Assembly (NCBI GenBank): GCA_015680685.1
Contig: MNCI01002328.1
Coordinates: forward strand, 58,172 to 122,171
Direction: 5' to 3'
DNA from: Gnetum montanum
Lineage: Eukaryota; Plantae; Gnetophyta
Length of the DNA stretch: 64,000 bases
The position numbers and the translations under genes were made by a program. The notes beneath the pieces are model-generated. The model was not told where the DNA came from, did not search any database, and was given only the letters and a program-made list of their open reading frames with translations. Positions 1-13,056 of this stretch are shown piece after piece (position 1 is the first letter of the stretch; every line of letters starts with the position of its first letter).

Positions 1-449
1 CAATTATATTCTTTTATTTGTGCAAAGAAAAAAAAAAGAAAATATATATGTGATCATGGATGTTTATTTGTTTTCCATAAAATTAACCCACGTGAATTAT
101 GATTAGAAGTCCTTTGGGCCCTAGGATAAACAATTTATCTAAACTCATGGTTTTTTTTAAGAGAAGGTTAGGAATATATTATAGCTACAAAAACAAGTCA
201 TACAAACAAGAAGGGGACAACCCCCATTGAGGGGGAAAAACCAACATCCCCAACCCCTACAAAAGTAGAAAGGGGATGATTAAGACAAACCAAAGAGAAT
301 GAAACAATGTCCCATGGCAAGGGAAGTATGCAAAAACAATCGATACTTGGGCTCCCATTCTCAAAACCCCATCCCAAAAAACCGATGGACTGTACTAGAC
401 ATCCCTTTTGGATTCTTGTGAACTTTGTCATCATATGGGTTGGGGGAGC

Positions 450-1091
450 TGTTGGAAAAATGAAGACAAATACATTAATTGTTGTATTTCCTTTTATGTT
501 GCATTTGATGTGGGGATGTGTTTTATCCCACATGTATTAGGATTGGGGTTTGGTCCTAATGTTTCCTCATATATAGGGGGCTTGGTGTTTTATCCCACAT
601 GTATTAGGATTGGGGTTTGGTCCTCATGTTTCTTCATAAATAGAAGGCTTGGGGTAGCCTTTAGTGTGTGCTTCAAAGTGAAAGCATTGTATCAAGGTTT
701 TACCTTGGAGACGTGAGTCTTGTTGGTGTTGATCTGAGATCTGTTGGAATAACAGATTGTGTGTTTGAAAAGTTGCAAGGACGGCTTGTGTCCTTAAGAT
801 TTGAGAAGAATAGAAGGTAGATCAGCATTGTTGTGGAAGTAGGGTAAAAGGGGACCGAACCACGTAACTCTCTCTGTGTTCTTGTGCTATTTCCTTTTTA
901 CTGTTTTCATTCTGTTATCACAACAAATGTTTGCTAGAGTTTGGAATGTTTTGAGAGTGGTTTATAGTGTTTCTTACAGTGCAATATTTTGCCTCTAATG
1001 ATTTATTCAGATCTGTAGGGTTTTTAATAATTTCTCTAGAGCATTTGTAGTGTGTTTTCAGATCTAATTGTTTTCAGATCTGATTATAACA
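450..1091 (+). repeat. 5' LTR of copia element 1
   Basis: TGTTGG...ATAACA; near-identical to 5171-5850 (about 4 substitutions plus short indels by eye). Confidence 0.95.
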
Positions 1092-1093
1092 AC

Positions 1094-1105
1094 TGGTATC
1101 GGAGC
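1094..1105 (+). promoter_or_regulatory. Primer-binding site (initiator tRNA-Met type)
   Basis: TGGTATCGGAGC, 2 nt after the LTR; one mismatch to the canonical TGGTATCAGAGC. Confidence 0.9.
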
Positions 1106-1118
1106 AAGGTTTAAAAAG

Positions 1119-4100
1119 ATGGAGAGGCTGCAAACAACGGAAAGATTGGTAGGAAGAAATTGGAACGTTTGGAGCATTTTGATGAAGGCTGTTTTAGCAC
1201 AAAAGGATTGCCAAGAGGCCCTAGATCCCTCTCAACCAGCAGGAATGTCAACTGCTGATTGGAGGAAAATTAAGACTAGGGCATTGTCTTTCATTCATCC
1301 TACCTTAAGCAATGGGATTTTGGCCTCAATCAAATCGGATATGGATCCGCATGATCTGTGGCAAACGCTGAAGAATAGGTTTGACAAAGTATCAGGTTTG
1401 AATACCTTTCACATTTATCAGAAAGTTTTTAGATGCCTGAAGAGATCTGATGTGTCTTTTCAAGATCATTTGGATGAGATGATGGGAAATCTGGATAAGT
1501 TGGAGGAATATAAAATTGTTATTCTAGATCTAGTTAAATCCTATGCTTAGTTAGACTCCTTACCTGATTCCTGGTCTGCAATTGTGACATCTATTACTAC
1601 TTCTATGCGTGTTTCATCTATGACATTTGAATATGTTGTGTCTACCCATCAGGATTCAAAAGGAAGAGTAGATGAATCTTTTAGATCTGGAAATGTTCAT
1701 GTAGCAGAGGAAAGAGGTAGAAGTAGGAGACATTTTCCAAGTAGGGGGAGTATCACGGACAGAGGAGTATCACATGGCAGAACTCAAACTCAAGAATGCT
1801 GGTACTGCAAGAAGAAAGGTCATTTGAAGAAGGATTGCTTTGCATGGAAAGCACAGAAAAATAAAGGAAAAGGAAAGGAGAAGAAGTCAGAAGAAGGAAC
1901 ATCAGAGGTACATGTAGCTGATGAAAACGTCAGTTTTCTGATTCAAGAGCAATGTACAATGGTGGCAGATGGATGTAGCAGTGACATCTGGTTGATTGAC
2001 TCAGGTGCCTCCTTTCATATTTGTCCAGATAAGTCTTGTTTTGCATCTTATCATAAAGTTGAATCTAGTTTTGTATATGCTGCTAATGAAAAAGCTTAAA
2101 AAGTTCTTGGAATTGGAAGTATAAATTTGCATCAAGCAGGGATGCCAAAGGTGACAATAGATAACGTTAGACATGTTCCTGAAGTTACAAAGAAGTTGAT
2201 TTCAGCTCCACAGCTGGATGGTTCAGGTTTGAATTTCAGTAGTGGAGGTGGGCATTGGAAGATTTCCAAGGGAATCATGACCATTCTGAAAGGAAAGAAG
2301 GAGGGCAGCTTATATACATTGATGGCAGATTCATGCAACTCTATTGCAACAGTTTCTGATACAGAAAATTCTGAAGTATGGCATAGACGTCTTGGACACA
2401 TTGGCTGGTCAAGCTTAAAGGTACTTCAAAATCAGACTCTCATTCTTGTATTTTCTTATGCTCAAACTGATTGCAAAGACTGTTTAGTTGGAAAATCTAA
2501 GAGAGTAAACTTTCGTAGGGATTTGGAAAGCAAAAAAAAAAATATGTTAGAATTTGTTTATTTTGATGTTTGTGGTCCTATGAATCCCATTTCTCTTGGT
2601 GGATCTATTTATTTTGTAACTTTCATAGATGATTGTACAAGGAAGGTTTGGGTTTATATGCTGAAATCAAAAGATGAAGTGTTTTCAGTTTTCAAAACAT
2701 TTGTTGCAAGAGTAGAAAATGAAACAGGTCTGAAAATAAAATGTTTACAAACTGATAATGGTGGGGAGTACACTTTTAAAGTATTTGCTGATTTTTGCAA
2801 CATCAAAGGAATTAGGCACATTCGTACCCCTCCTGGTACACCACAGGAAAATGGAGTTGCTGAAAGATGCAACAGAACATTGCTGGATCGTGCTAGAACA
2901 ATGGTTTCAGGTGCAGGCCTACCTAAGACATTTTGGGGAGAGGCAGTTATGACTGCTGCATATTTGGTGAACAGGTCTCCACATTCTTCAATTGATAATG
3001 CTGTTCCAGAAGTTGTTTGGAAAGGTAAAAACATTTCATACAGTCATTTAAGAGTTTTTGGATGTGAGGCATTTATGCATATTCCAAAGGAAAACAGAAC
3101 TAAGATGGAAGACAGGGCTAAAAGTTGCATATTTGTTGGATATGGAGAAGATGAGTTAGGATTCAGACTTTGGGATCCTGAATTGAAACGTGTAGTGAGA
3201 TCAAGGGACGTTAAATTCAGAGAAAATGTGATGTTTAGTGAGCTGCAAAAGAAAGACAAGGACAGAAATGGCTCAGAAAGCATAAGGACTCCTCTTAGCG
3301 TGACTGAAGAAATTGAAAATGATGAAACTCATGGATTTGCCAGATCTAGAAACGTTGGACAACATGCTGAAAGTACTTGGCAGCAAGCTGAGAACTTAGG
3401 ACAGCAAGGAGAAAATGCAGGACAGCAAGAAAATGAGGTAGAAGATGATGAACAAGAAGCTACATATGTGTCTCATTGGGTTAGAAGGTCAACCAGAACT
3501 ACCAAACCTCCTGACAGGTACTCTCCCTCATTGAATTATGTACTTTACAGCGATCATGGTGAACCAGAAACAGTGAAGGAAGCCATGACATGTGTTGATG
3601 CCACAAAGTGGAAGGTAGCTATGAATGATGAATGGGAATCACTCCAACAGAACAAAACCTGGGAGCTAGTTCAGTTGCCAAAAGGGAGAAAACCCTTGGA
3701 GTGCAGGTGGCTATACAGAATTAAATCAGAGGCATATGGGGAAAAACGTTTCAAGGCTAGGTTGGTGGTGAAAGGCTATGCACAGAAACTAGGTATTGAC
3801 TTTCAAGAAATTTTTTCTCTAGTGGTAAAACACTCTTCTATACGTTTAGTTCTATCATTGGTGGCCTGTATGGACTTAGAGTTGGAACAACTTGATATAA
3901 AAACAACATTCCTCCATGGAGATTTGGAGGAGGAAATTTACATGAAACAGCCAGAAGGGTATGAAGAACAACAAGGTTCAGGTCTGGTTTGTAGACTGAA
4001 AAAGAGTTTATATGGTTTGAAACAAGCCCCTAGGCAGTGGTATAAAAGGTTTGATACTTTCATGAAGAAGCTATCTTATCAGAAAAACAACCTAGACCAC

Positions 4101-5117
4101 TGTGTGTATTTTTCTGGAGATATTTCAGGTAAATTTACAGTGTTGTTGTTGTATGTTGATGATATGCTAATTGCTGGAAATGATATAGCAGAGATAAAAC
4201 ATTTAAAATTGGAAATGGGCAAAGAATTTGCTATGAAAGATTTGGGACAGGCAAAGAAAATTCTTGGTATGAATATTTACAGGGACAGAAAAAGGAAGAA
4301 GCTGTGGTTGAGTCAGGAAGACTACATTGGAAAGGTTCTAAAGCGTTTCAACATGGAGGATGCAAAACCTGTAAGTACACCTTTTTCAGCACAATTTAAT
4401 TTATCAAAGAAGGACTGTCCACAGTCAAAAGAGGATTTTGAAAAGGTTAAAAATATCCCATATACTTCTGCTGTTGGGTCATTGATGTATGCCATGGTTT
4501 GTACACGTCCTGATATTGCTTATGCCGTTGGAGTAGTTAGTAGATTTATGACCAACTATGGGTGGAATCACTGGTTAGCTGTCAAATGGATTTTAAAATA
4601 TTTAAAAGGCACAAAAGCGCATTGCTTATGTTTTGGAGATGCTAATCTGCACATTGAAGGCTTTGTAGATGCAAACTTTGCTGTTGATCATGATACAAGA
4701 CGATCTTCTACAGGGTACACATTTATTTTTGGTGGTGTAGCAGTGAGTTGGTTGTCACGTCTACAACCACTAGTAACTTTATCTACAACTGAATCAGAGT
4801 ACGTAGCCCTCACAGAAGCATGCAAGGAGATGTTATGGATGAAGAGATTTTTGCAGTCTCTTGGATTAAAACAACAAAGGTATGCTGTGTTTTGTGATAG
4901 TTTGAGTGCAATCCATCTTGCAAAGAATTCTGCCTTTCATGCCAGGACAAAACATATAGATGTCCGATTCCACTTCATAAGAGAAATCATAGAGGATGGC
5001 TTGGTGCATGTTCAAAAGGTCCATACAAAGCTCAATGTTGCTGATGCTTTAACAAAACCAGTGATAGCTGAAAAACACATTTTCTGTAGGAAGAAGCTTG
5101 GGATAACTGAAGCTTAA
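1119..5117 (+). pseudogene. Copia gag-pol polyprotein in a single frame with two in-frame stops (TAG 1548-1550, TAA 2097-2099)
   Basis: CCHC knuckle CWYCKKKGHLKKDC, protease WLIDSGAS, integrase WHRRLGH...CKDC and TPQENGVAER, RT SLYGLKQAPRQW and LLLYVDD, RNase H ...ADALTK. The three ORF-track pieces are in the same frame. Confidence 0.95.
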
Positions 5118-5159
5118 TCAGAAGTGCACATCTCTTAAAGGCTGGTTGGATTTGTCTTC

Positions 5160-5168
5160 AAGGGGGAG
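5160..5168 (+). promoter_or_regulatory. Polypurine tract of copia element 1
   Basis: AAGGGGGAG, 2 nt before the 3' LTR. Confidence 0.9.
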
Positions 5169-5170
5169 TT

Positions 5171-5850
5171 TGTTGGAAAAATGAAGACAAATACATTAAT
5201 TGTTGTATTTCCTTTTATGTTGCATTTGATGTGAGGATGTGTTTTATCCCACATGTATTAGGATTGGGGTTTGGTCCTAATGTTTCCTCATATATAGGAG
5301 GCTTGGTGTTTTATCCCACATGTATTAGGATTGGGGTTTGGTCCTCATGTTTCTTCATAAATAGAAGGCTTGGGGTAGCCTTTAGTGTGTGCTTCAAAGT
5401 GAAAGCATTGTATCAAGGTTTTACCTTGGAGACGTGAGTCTTGTTGGTGTTGATCTGAGATCTGTTGGAATAACAGATTGTGTGTTTGAAAAGTTGCAAG
5501 GACGGCTTGTGTCCTTAAGATTTGAGAAGAATAGAAGGCAGATCAGCATTGTTGTGGAAGTAGGGTAAAAGGGGACCGAACCACGTAACTCTCTGTGTTC
5601 TTGTGCTATTTCCTTTTTACTGTTTTCATTCTGCTTTCATTTTGTTATCACAGCAAATGTTTGCTAGAGTTTGGAATGTTTTGAGAGTGGTTTATAGTGT
5701 TTCTTACAGTGCAATATTTTGCCTCTAATGATTTATTCAGATCTGTAGGGTTTTTAATAATTTCTCTAGAGCATTTGTAGTGTGTTTTCAGATATGTGTT
5801 TTTCAGATTTGTGTTTTCAGATCTAATTGTTTTCAGATCTGATTATAACA
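5171..5850 (+). repeat. 3' LTR of copia element 1
   Basis: Direct repeat of 450-1091, followed by TSD GGAGC. Confidence 0.95.
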
Positions 5851-5855
5851 GGAGC

Positions 5856-6391
5856 CTAGGACAGGGGTAGCGTGGCCTTTCCTACATGTGGGTCGTGTCT
5901 AAAATAGCCTTGTGGTCTTTAGAAGCCATAAAAGCTGCAACTTCTTGAAAATCTTTATACTGCTCTTCCCTCTGTTGCCGCTCCTTAGCCCTTAGGTTCT
6001 TGGCTTTGGCAAGGTGAAGGCTACTAGAAGTCATTTGAATGAACCTGCATAGGGTGGCCCATGTTGCATTACGATTCACCTCAATAATCATGTATGGGCA
6101 TCTCTGCATACATAGCCATCGTCGAGCATAAGAATTGTGTGTGGTGTCTTAATTAATCCTCATATGTTGTTCCTTGAAAAAGGCATGGGCTCGTTGTTGT
6201 AGCTCCTCCTCTATCTTGAGGTGCTCTTGTTCCTCCTTGAGCATGGCCTCTCTAATTTGTGCGTGGAGTTGGTCTTTTAGTGCATACTTGAGGGCAACAT
6301 CCCTCAACTCTCTTTGGCACCTTTCATCCTCAATAGCTTCTTTACGTCATAGCTCCTCTTGTTGTGCCTTTGCTAGGTTTTCCTGCTCATG
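5856..6391 (-). pseudogene. LINE 3' module remnant: coiled coil plus degenerate J-domain
   Basis: CPYMIIEVNRNATWATLCRFIQMTSSSLHLAKA...YKDFQEVAAFMASKDHKAILD aligns with the HPD-bearing copies at ~35450, ~44400 and ~60200. Confidence 0.7.
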
Positions 6392-6518
6392 NNNNNNNNN
6401 NNNNNNNNNNNNNNNNNNNNNNNNNNNNNNNNNNNNNNNNNNNNNNNNNNNNNNNNNNNNNNNNNNNNNNNNNNNNNNNNNNNNNNNNNNNNNNNNNNNN
6501 NNNNNNNNNNNNNNNNNN

Positions 6519-9500
6519 GTGTGTGTTTTTGATGTAGAAGCATTGTATCAAGGTTTTACCTTGAAGACGTGAGTCTTGTTGATTTTGATCTAAGATTTGT
6601 TGGAGTAATAGATTGGGTGCTTGGGAAAGCTATAAGGACAGCTTGTGTCCTTAAGATTTGAGTAGAATAGAAGGTAGATTAGCATTGTTGTGGAGATCTA
6701 AAGAGATGAAGAGGTTGCAAACAACAGAAAGATTGGTAGGAAGGAACTGGAACATTTGGAGCATTTTGATGAAGGCTGTTTTAGCACAAAAGGAAGTGCC
6801 TGGAGGCCCTAGAACCCTCTCAACCAACAGGAATGTCGGATGCTGATTGGAGAAAGATTAAGACTAGGGTGTTATCTTTCATTCATCCAACCCTAAGCAA
6901 TGGGATCTTGGCGTCAATTAAACCTAATATGGATCCACATGATCAATGGCAAACATTGAAGAATATGTTTGATAAAGCATAAGGTTCGAATACATTTCAC
7001 ATTTATCAGAGAGTTTTTAGATGCAAGAAGAGATCTAATGTGTCTTTCCAAGGTCATTTCGATGAGATGATGAGAAATTTGAATAAGTTGGAAGAATATA
7101 AAATGGTTATTCTAGATTTAGTTAAATCCTATGCTCTGTTAGATTCCTTACCTGATTTTTGGTTTGCAGTTGTGACATCTATTACTACTTCTATGAGTGT
7201 TTCATCTATGACGTTTGAACAGGTCGTGTCTACCCTTCAGGATTCAGAAGGAAGAGTAGATGAGTCTTTTGGACCTGGAAATGTTGATGTAGCTGAGGAA
7301 AGAGGGAGAAGTAGGAGACGTTTCCCAAGTAGGGGGAGAAGCAAGAGTAGATGTGTATCACATGGCAAAACTCAAACGTAAGAGTGCTCGTTCTGTAAGA
7401 AGAAAGGTCATTTGAAGAAGGACTACTTTGCATGGAAAGCACATAAAGATAAAGGAAAGGAGAAGAAGTTGGAAGAAGGAACATCATAGGCAAATGCAGC
7501 TAAAGAAAGCGTTAGTTTCTTGGTTCAAGAACTATGTACAATGGTGGTAGATGGACACAGCAGTGACATCTGGTTGATTGACTTAGGTGCCTCCTTTCAT
7601 ATTTATCCAGATAAGTCTTGTTTTGCATCTTATCATGATGTTGAATATGGTTTTGTATATGCTGCTAATGGAAAAGCTTTAAAAGTTCTTGGAATCAGAA
7701 GTATAATTCTGCAACAAGCAAGGATGCCAAAGGTGACAATAGATAACGTTAGGCATGTTCTTGAAGTCACAAAGAAGCTAATTTCAGTTCCACAGCTAGA
7801 TGATTCAAGTCTGAATTTTAGTAGAGGAGGTGGACATTGAAGGATTTCCAAGGGAATCATGACCATTTTGAAAGGAAAGAAGGAGGGCACCTTATATACA
7901 TTGATGGTAGATTCATGTAACTTTGTTGTAGAAATTTTTGATGTAGAAAATTCTGAAGTGTGGCATAGATGTCTTGGACACATTGGCTGGTCAGGCTTAA
8001 GGGTACTTCAAAATCAGTCTCTCATTTCTATATTTTCTTATGCCCAAACTGATTGCAAAGATTGTTTAGTTGGAAAATCTAGGAGAGTAAATTTTCATCT
8101 AGATCTGGACATCAGAAAAGAAAAAAAGTTAGAATTGGTTTATTCTGATGTTTGTGGTCCTATGACTTCTATTTCTCTTGGTGGATCTATTTATTTTGTG
8201 ACTTTCATAGATGATTGTACAAGAAAGGTTTGGGTTTATATGCTGAAATCAAAAGATGAAGTGTTTTTAGTTTTCAAAACATTTGTTGCAAGAGTAGAAA
8301 ATGAAACAAGTCTGAAAATAAAATGCTTGCAAACTGATAATGGTGGGGACTACACTTCCAAAGTATTTGCTGATTTCTGCAACAACAAAGGAATTAGGCA
8401 CATCTGTACCCCTCCTAGTACACCACAGGAAAATGGAGTTGCTGAAAGATGCAATAGAACATTGCTGGATTGTGCTAGAACAATGGTTTCAGGTGCTAGC
8501 CTACCTAAGACTTTTTTGGGAGAGGCAATTAAGATTGTTGCATATTTAGTGAACAGGTCTCCATATTCTTCAATTGATAATGTTGTTCTAGAAGTTGTTT
8601 GGAGAGGTAAAGATGTTTCATATAGTCATTTAAGAATTTTTGGATGTGAGACATTTATGCATATTCCAAAGGAGAACAGAACTAAGCTATAGGATAGGGC
8701 TAAATGTTGCATATTTGTTGGATATGGAGAAGAGGAGTTAGGATTTAGACTTTGGGATCTTGAATTGAAACATGTAGTGAGATCAAGGGACGTTAAATTC
8801 AGAGAAAATGTTATGTTTAGTGAGTTGCAAAAGAAGGGCAAGGACAACAATGACTTGGACTACATGAGGACTCCTTTTAGGGTGACTGAAGAAGTTGAAA
8901 ATAATGAAATTCATGGATTTTTCAGATTTGGAAACATTGGACAGAATGCTATAATTATAGGGCAACAAGCTAAGAACTCAAGATAGCAAGGAGAAAATGG
9001 AGGACAACAAGGAAATGAGGTAGAAGATGATGGACAACAAGCTGCAGATGTGTCTCATTGGGTTAGAAGGTCAACAAGAGCTACCAAACCTTTTGATAGG
9101 TACTCTTCCTCGTCAAATTATGTACTTTACAGTGATAGTGGTGAATCGGAAACAGTGAAGGAAGCCATGATGTGTGTTGATGCCACAAAGTGGAAGGCGG
9201 CTATGAATGATGAATGGGAATTACTTTAGCAGAACAAAATGTGGGAGTTGGTTCAGTTGCCAAAAGGGAGAAAACCCTTGGAGTGCAGGTGGCTAAACAG
9301 AATTAAAACAGAGGCCAATGGGGAAAAACCGTTTCAAGGCTAGGTTGGTGGTGAAAGGCTATGCACAGAAACCAGCTATAGACTTTCAATTTTTTTTTTC
9401 TCCAATGGTGAAACACTCTTCTATACGTTTAGTGTTATCTTTGGTTGCCTGCATGGATTTAGAGCTGGAATAACTTGACATAAAAGCAACATTCCTTCAT

Positions 9501-11654
9501 GGAGATTTGGAGAAGGAAATATACATGAAACAACATAAGGGTATGAAAAACAACAAGGTTTAGGTTTGGTTTGAAGACTGAAAAGAGCTTATACGGTCTG
9601 AACCAAGCCCCTAGGCAGTGGTATAAAAGGTTTGATACCTTCATGAAGAAGTTGACTTATCATAAAACAATCTGGACCATTGTGTATATTTTTCTGGAGA
9701 TGTTTCAGGTAAGTTTATAGTGTTGTTGTTGTATGTTGATGATATGTTAATTGTCGGAAATGACATGGCAGAGATAAAACATCTGGCAAATAATTTGCCA
9801 TGAAGGATTTGGGATAGGCAAAGAAAATTCTTGGAATGAATATTTATATGGACAAAAAATAGAAAGAACCTGTGGTTGAGTCAAGAAGAATACATTGGAA
9901 AGGTTTTGAAACGTTTCAACATGGAGGATGCAAAACCTGTAAGTGCACCTCTTTCAACACAATTTAATTTATCAAAGAAGGATTGTCCAAAGTCAAAGGA
10001 GGATTTTGAAAAGGTGAAGAACGTCCCATATACTTCTATTGCTGGGTCATTGATGTATGCCATGGTTTGTACACATCCTGATATTGCTTAGGCCATTGGT
10101 GTAGTTGGTAGATTTATGACCAACTATGGGTGGAATCATTGGTTGGTTGTTAAATGGATTCAAAAACATTTAAAGGGCACACAAATGCATTGCTTGTGTT
10201 TTGGAGATGCTAATATGCACATTGAAGGTTTTGTAGATGTAGACTTTGCTGTTGATCATGATACAAAACGTTTCACTATAGGGTACACACTTATTTTTGG
10301 TGGTGTAGCAATGAGTTGGTTGTCACGTCTACAACCATTGGTAACTTTCTCTACAATCGACTTAGAATATGTAGCCTTCACAGAAGCATGCAAGGAGATG
10401 TTATGGATGAAGAGATTCTTGCAATCTTTTGGGTTAAAACAACAAAGGTATGCTGTGTCTTGTGATAGTTTGAGTGCAATCCATCTTGCAAAGAATTTTG
10501 CCTTTCATGCCAGGATGAAACATATAGATGTTCAGTTCCACTTCATAAGAGAAATCATAGAGGACAACTTGGTGCATGTTTAGAAGGTCCATACAAAGCT
10601 TAACGTTGCTTATGCTTTAACGAAACTAGTGATAGCTGAAAAACACATTTTTTGTAGGAAGAAGCTTAATCAGAAGTATGCATCTCTTGAAGGCTGGTTG
10701 GATTTGTCTTTAAGGGGGAGTTTGTTAGAAAAGTGAAGACAAATACGTTACTATTATTTGTTGTATTTCTTCTTATGTTTTTTAAAAGGATGTTACATTG
10801 AAAAAAAGGAAGAGGGGGGGAGGTGTGTGTGTGTGTTTTTGATGTAGAAGCATTGTATCAAGGTTTTACCTTGGAGACGTGAGTCTTGTTGATGTTGATT
10901 TGAGATTTGTTGGAGTAAAGTGATGTTTATGTGGGGATGTGTTTTATCTGACATGAGTTAGGATTGGGGTTTGGTCCTAATGTTTTCTTTTAAATAGAAG
11001 GTTGGGGGTAGCCTTTTTGGGGGGGGGGGGGGGTGGGGGGGTGTTTGTGTGTTTTTGATGTAGAAGCATTGTATCGAGGTTTTACCTTGGAGATGTGAGT
11101 CTTGTTGATGTTGATTTGAGATTTGTGTGTTTTTGATGTAGAAGCATTGTATCAAGGTTTTACCTTGGAGACGTGAGTTTTGTTGATGTTGATTTGAGAT
11201 TTGTGTGTCTTTGATGTAGAAGCATTGTATCGAGGTTTTACCTTGGAGACGTGAGTTTTGTTGATGTTGATTTGAGATTTGTTGGAGTAATAGATTGGGT
11301 GCTTGGGAAAGCTATAAGGATGGCTTGTGTCCTTAAGATTTGAGTAGAATAGAAGGTAGATCAACATTGTTGTGGAGGTAGGGTAAAAAGAGCCCGAACT
11401 ATGTAAATCTCTGTGTTCTTGTGCTATTTCTTTTGCTGTTTTCATTTTGTTGTTATAGCGAACGTTTGTTGGAGTTCACAATGTTTTTATAGTGATTTAC
11501 AATGTTTATTTGATCTACTACAATGTGATATTTTTGCCTTTAATGTTTTATTCAGATTTGTAGCGTTCAAATAATTTTTCCAGAGCTTCTCTAGTGTGTT
11601 TTCAAAGCTAATTTGTTGATTGTTTTATTGAAACTCTTGCTTCTGATCATGACA
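6519..11654 (+). mobile_element. Older degenerate copia element 2, same family as element 1; 5' end lies in an assembly gap
   Basis: Colinear with element 1, with many stops and frameshifts. PPT at 10712-10720. 3' LTR 10723-11654 (TGTTAG...ATGACA). U5 and PBS are missing at 6695/6696. Confidence 0.92.
11047..11280 (+). repeat. Three 78-bp tandem repeats inside the 3' LTR of copia 2, with a fourth copy at ~10829-10908
   Basis: Units gtgtgtttttgatgtagaagcattgtatc...gatttgagattt start at 11047, 11125 and 11203. Confidence 0.92.
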
Positions 11655-13056
11655 GTCTGCTCCTCTGCTTGGACCCTAGCTTCAATCTTGGCAGTGGCCC
11701 TAAGAAGGTCCATGTCAAACTTCGATTATAGTTCTTGGTGATTCTAGTCCTCAACATGCAAAAGTTGCTCTTGGAGTTGTAGTGTTGATTCATCATAGAG
11801 CCCTGCCAATTGGAACCCTTAGCAGTCCCTCTTCCCAACTAGAGAAGGGGGAACAACTAGAGAAACCTAATCCTTCTTCCCAACGAGCATCCACCCATCA
11901 CGAGGTGCAACATACTTTGGTTTGGGCTCTTTAGGACATTCCTTGCAGTCCTTGGTGCTATGGTTTCCTTTGCTGCAGATTCTGCATGGCCTTGGAGGCC
12001 CGACTTGAGAAGGGGCCAACACGTTTACTGGAACATTCCCATATTCAATGATTAACTTCTCTTCCCTAGAGGGCAAGTCCAAAAGGACCTCATGGAGGAG
12101 ATTCTCTAAAGATAATGACCACCAAACACATAACCTAGCAAATCCCATTTGTTCTTTCAATGCCGTAAATTTATCAAAGGTAATAAACTCGCTAAAGAAG
12201 CTCGCAAGTGTCTTTAAGAAGTCTGTCGTTCACAACTCCCATGGAACGCGACCCACATAGGAGCCCAAGTGAAAAGGCTAGGATCCCGATGGGCCCTTGA
12301 CTAAAAATGGGTTAGGGCCAAGCCCTTGGCCCCAAAAAATCATAGACCCCTGGCCCCAAAAAACCATAGACGCCTAGCAAGACATAGTCATGATCCTCCT
12401 TACTCTGAAAGATAAATAGTAGCAAGTCCCTCATAACCGAGCAAATTTGCACCTCTGCCAACCCCTATGAACTTGCAACCTAGCACAACATGAGCTCTAG
12501 ACACAGCCTAACACCAGCAGACATGAACTTTCCTATAAGGTTGGACTCCGTTGTTTGTAGATCCTTCGACACAGGGCCCTACATCTGCAGATGCATGGAA
12601 CCCCTTGGACCACGAAATCACATTGATGCCACCTACTCTAGGGTGCTAGCCATCAGTGCACCCTGCATTGTCCACAAATTGGCCCCTTTTGTCTAAGAGC
12701 TCTTGCATGCAAGACCCCCACAATTTGTAGGAGTACCTCCCAAGACGTTTGTCCCCTGCAATAGCCACGAAGGAGCCATCACTGCCACTCCCATCATAGT
12801 GCATTAGTAATTAGGTGGATGATGCATTTGCTACCTCTTGGTCGCGCTGCTCACTATCTTTGCTACCTAAACTCATAGTTAGTAATTAGGTGGATGATGC
12901 ATTTGATTGGTGTGCATTGTGTGAAGCATGTAATATTTTTACGGATCATTAACTAATCATTTTAATAATAATATATTCATCCCAATACCTTGAATGGATG
13001 GGTTGCATTGTTTATTTATTTTGTGTATACTTTGCCTTGGATGAGGAGATGAACAT

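Larger units (their letters stand above)
450..5850 (+). mobile_element. Full-length Ty1/copia LTR retrotransposon, young
   Basis: LTRs 450-1091 and 5171-5850, both TG...CA. Perfect 5-bp TSD GGAGC (445-449, 5851-5855). PBS and PPT present. Domain order gag-PR-IN-RT-RH. Confidence 0.97.
151..12863 (-). mobile_element. Degenerate L1-like LINE of the J-domain family, hosting two nested copia elements
   Basis: Poly(T) from 151. Imperfect TSD tatctaaactcatgg (136-150) / tacctaaactcatag (12864-12878), supported by empty-site copies at ~29850 and ~42980. ORF1 remnant at 11867-12160 (GFARLCVW, CRICSKGNHSTKDC knuckle). Coiled-coil and J-like remnant at 5856-6391. ORF2 is not visible (deleted or in the N gap). 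Confidence 0.75.

Noticed and set aside
198-716. Short ORFs in LTR and UTR sequence, and the many 60-120 aa ORFs in AT-rich introns
   Set aside because: No recognisable motifs or splice context; this many is expected by chance or within repeats.
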